64,000 bases of DNA, from assembly GCA_030248215.1 (NCBI GenBank), contig JASANG010003711.1:310001-374000 (forward strand), written 5' to 3'. Both the position numbers and the translations under genes were made by a program. The notes beneath the pieces are model-generated. The model saw only the letters and a program-made list of their open reading frames with translations. It did not search any database and was not told where the DNA came from. Shown here one piece after another: positions 57,849-64,000 of this stretch. Each line of letters begins with the position of its first letter. Position 1 is the first letter of the stretch. Source of the stretch: Enoplolaimus lenunculus. Lineage: Eukaryota.

Positions 57849-59731
57849 TCAATTCTCAAGTTTTTTCCGATACAGAACCGGCTTCGCATAGGCCGGCACA
57901 TCAAACACGATGCCGTGTAACTTATCTACTATACGTGGATGCAGTGCTTCAATATAAGCTACGTTAGAAAATTCAAAAATAATTTATTGTCAACCATACT
58001 TATAAACCTTCTGCATAGAACTTAACTTACCTTCTTTCTTTTCTGAATTGAGTCCTAAATATTGATATACGATTTGTTCAAGCTCTGGTTTAAAGTCGTT
58101 GTCAACTCGACTTGCTGTAATTACTTCTTCGACTAACTCTTTTACACCAGCTTGCAGAAAAAGCTTCCTGGAAAAATATCCAACAAGAACACCAATTTTT
58201 TAAGTCACAGCAGGCATAAGACGCTACGCAAATAATGACTGAATGTTCTATAACTGTTGAAGAGAAGCAGGGAAGGGTGGTTTGGTCAAAAAAGCGAGAC
58301 CGAGACCGAATGGTCTTGGTCAATTTTTAACCGTTACCGAAAATACAAATAACATTTTTTAACAAAAATTTTGAATATTTTTATCTGCTTTGAATTGTCG
58401 TTTCATACCATTTAACTAATAAATCGGCGCCTAACTTTATTTTTTTACTTTATTTTGATGACAAATAAAGTAGAAATTTTTTAAATTTACATTAGCTTGG
58501 TATATTCTGTGTTATTCCATGTACTTTATGTTTGTTGCGACGATATCATATTTACTGATGCATTAACGTACTAAAAATTGATTTATTTAAAAACACACTA
58601 TCCGGTTAACATCCGGTTCCGGTAAAAAATCACTATCCAGATCCGGTTACGGTATCCGGCTTTTTGCGATCCGGTCGCATCCTGGAGCTATAGTGTTGTT
58701 TTTGCTCCCGGGCAAACCGAATAGACTGGAAAGTTTTTTAACATGACGTGACGTTATAAATGCAGATGACCCATAATTTTATAAACGATGTCTTTAAACG
58801 CGAAAAGGCAACTATTTGTGCTTTTCCACAATAAAATCAAAGTGTTTTGGGTTCCTTTCAAAAAGTAGAATTTTGGGTAACCGGAGCGGTCATTCGGTAT
58901 CTCAAATCGCTGTATAACCAGATAGCGGTGCTCCCCAATCGTTCGCTCTGTATTGGTAGGCGAAATGCGCAAGTACTTTCGGTCAAAGCTGCGATCCAAG
59001 GAAAATATTTGTGATTGCTTATCGCTTTTTTACCTCTTTGGTCGCGATTTGCAAACCACCGAGACTTGCCGAACCCGAGACCACCCATCCCTGTAGGAAG
59101 ACGCAGGCGAGAGTTTGATTTGTGATGTTAAGGACATGTATAAAACTGGAAATGGGTTATTACTTGCCGTACTAGCCAACACGAAAATAAAAAGCAAGAC
59201 AAAAACAAAGCCAGTACAGAAGCCGCAGCGAAAAATGCTTACTAAGCATATATTGCAATAAATAAAATATTATACTTAACACAGCTCAAGCATATTATGT
59301 GTACGTACAAACTTTACAGTGAAGTTTACCTATTTAGTTCTTTCCGCAGTTCATTTCTAATTTGGTTTTTGTTCATATCGTCGTATTTTCCTGAATTCAA
59401 CATGCATTCAACACTTCTGGCCACTCTCGCTTTGAGATTCTCGTAAGACGGCTAAAACAGGTTTCATGACTATTGTAACTGTGAGTATAAGTAACAAACT
59501 TTAACTATTTTCTGCCGAATTTTAAAGTATTTTCAATCAATTATGAACTGGAAATTAAGTGACTAAACAACAAGTATTAAATCCGATGGCCTATATCTAA
59601 TTGTAAATTGAGTTACGTACACGGATCTCGGCTTCCGCTAAACAGTCACGTCGAAACTTGTCAAATACACCACCACTTTTAAGCTGCGTTACGATATCAA
59701 CAGATTTCAAATTATCGATCGTGGCGGTCAT
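57849..59731 (-). CDS. BOD1: BOD1 / Shg1-like (COMPASS-associated, biorientation of chromosomes) protein; exons 59731-59621, 59451-59330, 58167-58031, 57958-57849
   Basis: Spliced translation MTATIDNLKSVDIVTQLKSGGVFDKFRRDCLAEAEIRPSYENLKARV...MNKNQIRNELRKELNRKLFLQAGVKELVEEVI...FKPELEQIVYQYL matches the BOD1 motifs LKSxGxFDxFRRDCLA, PAYQNL and MNKNQLRN. It is absent from the ORF track because the exons are short. Confidence 0.9.
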
Positions 59732-61436
59732 AATAAATGCACGAGTTAAGTCAGTACATGCGTAGTTATGTACTTAAGTGATGGTAATTAATTAGTGCTG
59801 ATGTATATATAATATATATAATATATTATATATATACCAATAGTTATATAAGTGCAAATTTACGCACGCTTATCGTGCTTTTAAATCTATTTTCGTGGGA
59901 GACAGTAACGCAAACGATCGCGTTTCATCCCTTCGACCCTTAACAAATCAAAATTATCTGAAGTCTTTGCAGTTTCACAACCAACCTTTATTGCTCTAGT
60001 AAAAAAGTGTAAAGGCAATGAACAAGTAAACCAGTGTTTCATGCATTTTTTCACGCTGTCAGTTTCGTAGAAATACAAATTCTTGTCAGCACTGTGACAT
60101 GCGGATGCATCATGTCATAAGTTGGGTAGGTTAGGGTACGACGGTTTTTAGTTCTGAGTTCTCAGCAGCTGAAATGCGGCGGGACGCTCTCACGAGGTTT
60201 CGAACTCGATCGACAGATTATTGCCGCCTAACAATCAACTGCTGCGTTTTTCTGTTTTTATGCCTTACAAGAACCTCAACATACACATGTATCTTGGTTC
60301 TTCCATGTTTTTACCGCTTTTTGCATTTAAGGCACTACATATGCATCAACGTTTTACCGATGTGCAGCATTAGCATGAGGTCTCATTTTGACTCCATGCA
60401 TCCTCATTGTAAGCATGTGAGATATGCTTGTCCTGGTACGTATGCAATAAATGCAGTGCGCATTGTGTTGTACAGTCGACGCATATAGTCGACGAAAAAT
60501 GCAGTTGGAGAGGCGGGCTACGTGGCGCAGTGGTAGTGTTCGCTTCTGACACTCATATCGCAAGCACGTTTCACAGAATGTCAAATGTTGTAAAAAGCAC
60601 CAGTTCTCACAACCGAAATCAAGGATCAATCAAGTAGGTCCTCCATTATCAGCCTGGATAGAATTCGGTTTCAGATTCAGCAAAAATTGAAGTTTCGGAA
60701 TCGCAAAAATCTGTTTGATGTTTTGAAATCGAGTTGGAAACACTAGCTAAGTCTTTAACTGCCGTTTAAGCGAACAAATCAAAAATCTTTACAAATTTGC
60801 CATATATAGTAGTTTTTATAATAGAGCTGCGGATTATTGTTGCTCAGCAGATATTAGACAACTCAAGTGAACTTGGGAGCAAAATAACAACAGATTTTAC
60901 ATACCTTATCAAACCCAGCCGCTGTTCGTTGACATCAGATCAAGCCAACCCTCCCGAAAGATTAAACTATCAAAGTACAAAGTAGCTGTTGGCTTGATGT
61001 GACATATGCCTACCATTTCCGAAAGGAGAGAGGATTTTTTCCAGATTGACTTATTTGCACGTATTTTTAAACGTTACACATATGACTGGTTTTTAATTAG
61101 GAATAGCAAAAATAGTTTCTGAATTGACCCTAGTTTTTACTCTTACTTTGCCCTGCTATTAAGGTAATTTCGGCGGAGCCATTGCACTGATTTCAGGCAA
61201 CATTTATAACTTTGCGCGGAAGCTAAGCCATTTTCAGAATTTCGGCACACTTCGGACTTTTTTGGTACCACTGGAAGCGTGGATTGTTAAAAGGAACTGC
61301 TATTGTAATTAGTTACCGTCCGCGAGCGCAATGTAGCTACAACGTAAAACGTAGAAATTGGATTTTTACGGGATTGTAACCAGGGTGCAACCGGAACTCT
61401 GATTCAAAACGAGTTTGGGATGCGCTATACTTTTGT

Positions 61437-61612
61437 TGACGTCCAGCGCCATTGGCGCCGTCCGTCGCTGCGCGGCGCCACCCGCCACCGTGCGGTATCG
61501 TACGCAAATAACTTATGTACAATAACGTGTAGTACGCACGGTGACGATGACGGACGACGCCGTAGTGTTCACGGACGGCGCCGAACGGGTGACGCACGCT
61601 GACGGACGTCGA
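61437..61612. mobile_element. GC-rich foldback/MITE-like element
   Basis: Nested inverted pairs GACGTCC/GGACGTC, GGCGCCGTCCGT/ACGGACGGCGCC and CACCGTGCG/CGCACGGTG around an AT-rich core. Confidence 0.65.
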
Positions 61613-62520
61613 ATATAATGCAACCCTTATTTTAAAATTTTAGTTTAATTCTAATACTTGTGATACTTTGCATAAAATGAAATTTCTGTATCCTTTACAT
61701 ATTAAATTGCTTTCGATGAGTTAACGTTTCTGTAATTGATTGCAGTTGGGATTTACAGAACCAAAAAATTCGCCAATTTGTTTATGCGACATTTTTGCAA
61801 TTTGTTACCAGCCAACCGACAAACTAAATCAATATTATAGGTATTTAGTACAAATTATTCATACTGTCACAAAACTACGATTCCGCTATAAATTTGCTGT
61901 TCCGATTCCGGTATAATCTGGTTCCGCTTTGCACTGTGATTGTAAAAATTTATGAAGAGTAAGCTTATATAAGGATAAAAAGATTTGTGTCGAAAGTTTT
62001 GATGATGCTCAGTTTTTTTCACGCCAGCCACTCAGACCTAAAAATCGTCGTTTTATGACAGCCCCATCCATAGCTTTGCCAAATACAAATGAAAACAGGA
62101 TTACCAAGAATGTCTGGGACCGCTGTAAATGAACTCAAAGAACTGCTCCTAAATAACTCAACATGACATGAGCTTAATATATGTAGTTAATATATCTGGC
62201 TATGTTGTGCATTTCCGAACCGGATCCTGATGTCGATTTTTTGTCGGATGTTAAACTGGCACTGGAAATCCGATAGTTTTTAAAACATACGTAAGATTGT
62301 TTGATGGAGTGCAGTTAGTAGAAATATTTGGGTCGACTAGGATCTTTCCATTTGTCCTGTTAAAACATATTTTGTGCTGTTGCTGTTGACTATGTAACTT
62401 TGTCAAAGGTTGTTTAACGCATTTAAGTTTAATTTTGTTATATATCTATCGCAAGTACTTATGTGTATATATCCATAAAATTGTAACGTATATATTCACG
62501 TTTGCATTAGTAAAACTTAG

Positions 62521-62760
62521 ATGACACCAACCCAAGCTGATGAATCTTGTTCTACGACGGAGCCAACAACGTCACTTGCTCAGCGGGGAGTATTGGCGAC
62601 TGGTAGTTCAACTTTGAATGATGCCAATACTGCTTATCTTGATGTCGAAACTGTACAGAAAGAGCTGTCCAGCTTATGCGCAAATCTAAAGCTCGGTACA
62701 AATGTTGAAAAAAGTGCTCTTCATTTCTTTCAAATCGTATGGCGACAGTTTACGCTCGAG
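62521..62760 (+). CDS. First coding exon of a retinoblastoma-family pocket protein (RBL1/RBL2/lin-35-like); the gene continues beyond what can be resolved
   Basis: ELSSLCANLKLGTNVEKSALHFFQIVWRQFTLE|GTATGT resembles the pocket-protein N-terminus LCxxLN(L/M)DxxxxxxAxxxFxxIxxNYxLE, ending at a phase-0 donor. Confidence 0.7.
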
Positions 62761-64000
62761 GTATGTAATATCGTACGCCTCCGGTTTCGACGGAAAATCA
62801 AGCTCCGTCGCCGGTAAAATTTCTGCTGGAGGTCCCGGCAATATCGGTAGTGGAATTCGGCACAGTTTTACAAGTTTGATAGTTCGGTGCTTTCGTTTTA
62901 ATTTTTGGTATGTAATATATGTATATACAATTTTGAGTAAAAAATTACCCTAAAATATAAAATTTAATTGTTCTCTGAATTTGTTTTATTCGTGTTCCGA
63001 CCGGAATGTCCGCAAAAAGTCAGTTACGTATATAGAATTTTTACAGGAACCGGATGCCGGATATTTAATATATATTAAAAATTTATTTTAGCGTGCTCCA
63101 GGTTTTCGTCTGTTATCAAGTTCATATATAAGTGCTGCTGATCAACTGAAATTATTTAATGCAAAATTGCGTTTAACTCTCGCTCGCTTACATCACTTAA
63201 AAGTTTCTGAAAATGTATCGAAACTATCCTCATGACGTACCCAGAAATTTAGTCGCAGCAAGATGGTTAAAGACGCTCAATTCTAAAAACAGTTATGTTA
63301 TTCGACACTACAACCGTAAATATGCGTTATCCGGGAAGTTTATACCGGAATCGGACCTTGTTTTGACGCAAATTATATATTAAGAATAAGCTTAAAAATA
63401 AAAATGAAGCCGGAATTTTTGAAAGTCCAATCCCGATCCGTATTCCTTCATAACATAAACCTGAACTTGGTAAAAAATTTATAAAATAAAATACTTTAAA
63501 TTTTTAGGACAAACTGTTAAATTGTAGATTTTGTATTTGTCAGGGCCACGAAATTATAATCGTGGGACAAGAGGCGTAGCCACAGATTGAAAGTGAGTGT
63601 TTAAGGCCTGAACAAAATATGTACGTGTTGAGTCTGAGTTTACAACTAGCGAGTCCAGAAGTTTCTGGTGCGGAATACCTTATATGCCCATTGAAATACT
63701 TCACCGATTGTGCTCCCCTCGAATAGCTTCGAAGCCACTCTGTTAAGTTCGTTCGGTCGGTCTGTCTTGTTTTGTTTGACGGTTGTAAGCCCGCAATCTG
63801 GGATCAACATAGTTGTTGCACCATCCCTACTCTACATGCGGGGTTTCAGACACCCCAGACCCACGGTGCGACCGGATATCCGGTTCTGGTTTATTATCCA
63901 GCAAAAACTGATGTACCACGCCGGCTTAGGGTGGGATTACCGATCGCTCAGACAAAGAAGGAATTTTTCCATGCACGGCTCAGGCAATGTCTGTTTTACT

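Noticed and set aside
63544..63580. Candidate second exon of the Rb-family gene (TGTCAG|GGCCACGAA...)
   Set aside because: It lacks the expected conserved Trp/ACxLY motif and reaches a stop after 11 codons.

Overview
AT-rich, intron-rich eukaryotic (animal) genomic DNA, most likely a nematode. This rests on TTTCAG-type acceptors, an EB-module protein and interspersed TTAGGC repeats; the species cannot be determined. I built the spliced gene models by hand from GT/GC-AG signals and reading-phase continuity. They are: LETM1 (+, 13 coding exons); a secreted phospholipase A2-fold protein with Lys at the Asp49-equivalent site and a lost Ca-binding loop (+); an orphan secreted protein built from tandemly duplicated 102-nt phase-0 exons (+); a secreted Thr-rich mucin with 5 x 48-aa repeats (+); an unknown acidic/basic disordered protein (-); an EB-module/mucin-stalk extracellular protein (+); BOD1 (-); and the first exon of a retinoblastoma-family pocket protein (+), head-to-head with BOD1. 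Intergenic and intronic DNA is dense in non-autonomous TIR elements (several with 8-bp TSDs, one family carrying telomere-type repeats), tRNA-derived SINE heads and minisatellites. There is also a decayed LINE ORF1-like relic with a zinc knuckle and a NADAR-like domain. The most notable region is the 15.9-37.9 kb cluster of secreted proteins, which resembles an effector island. Most ORFs in the supplied track are intronic or repeat-derived and not real. No database searches were run; family calls come from motif recognition.
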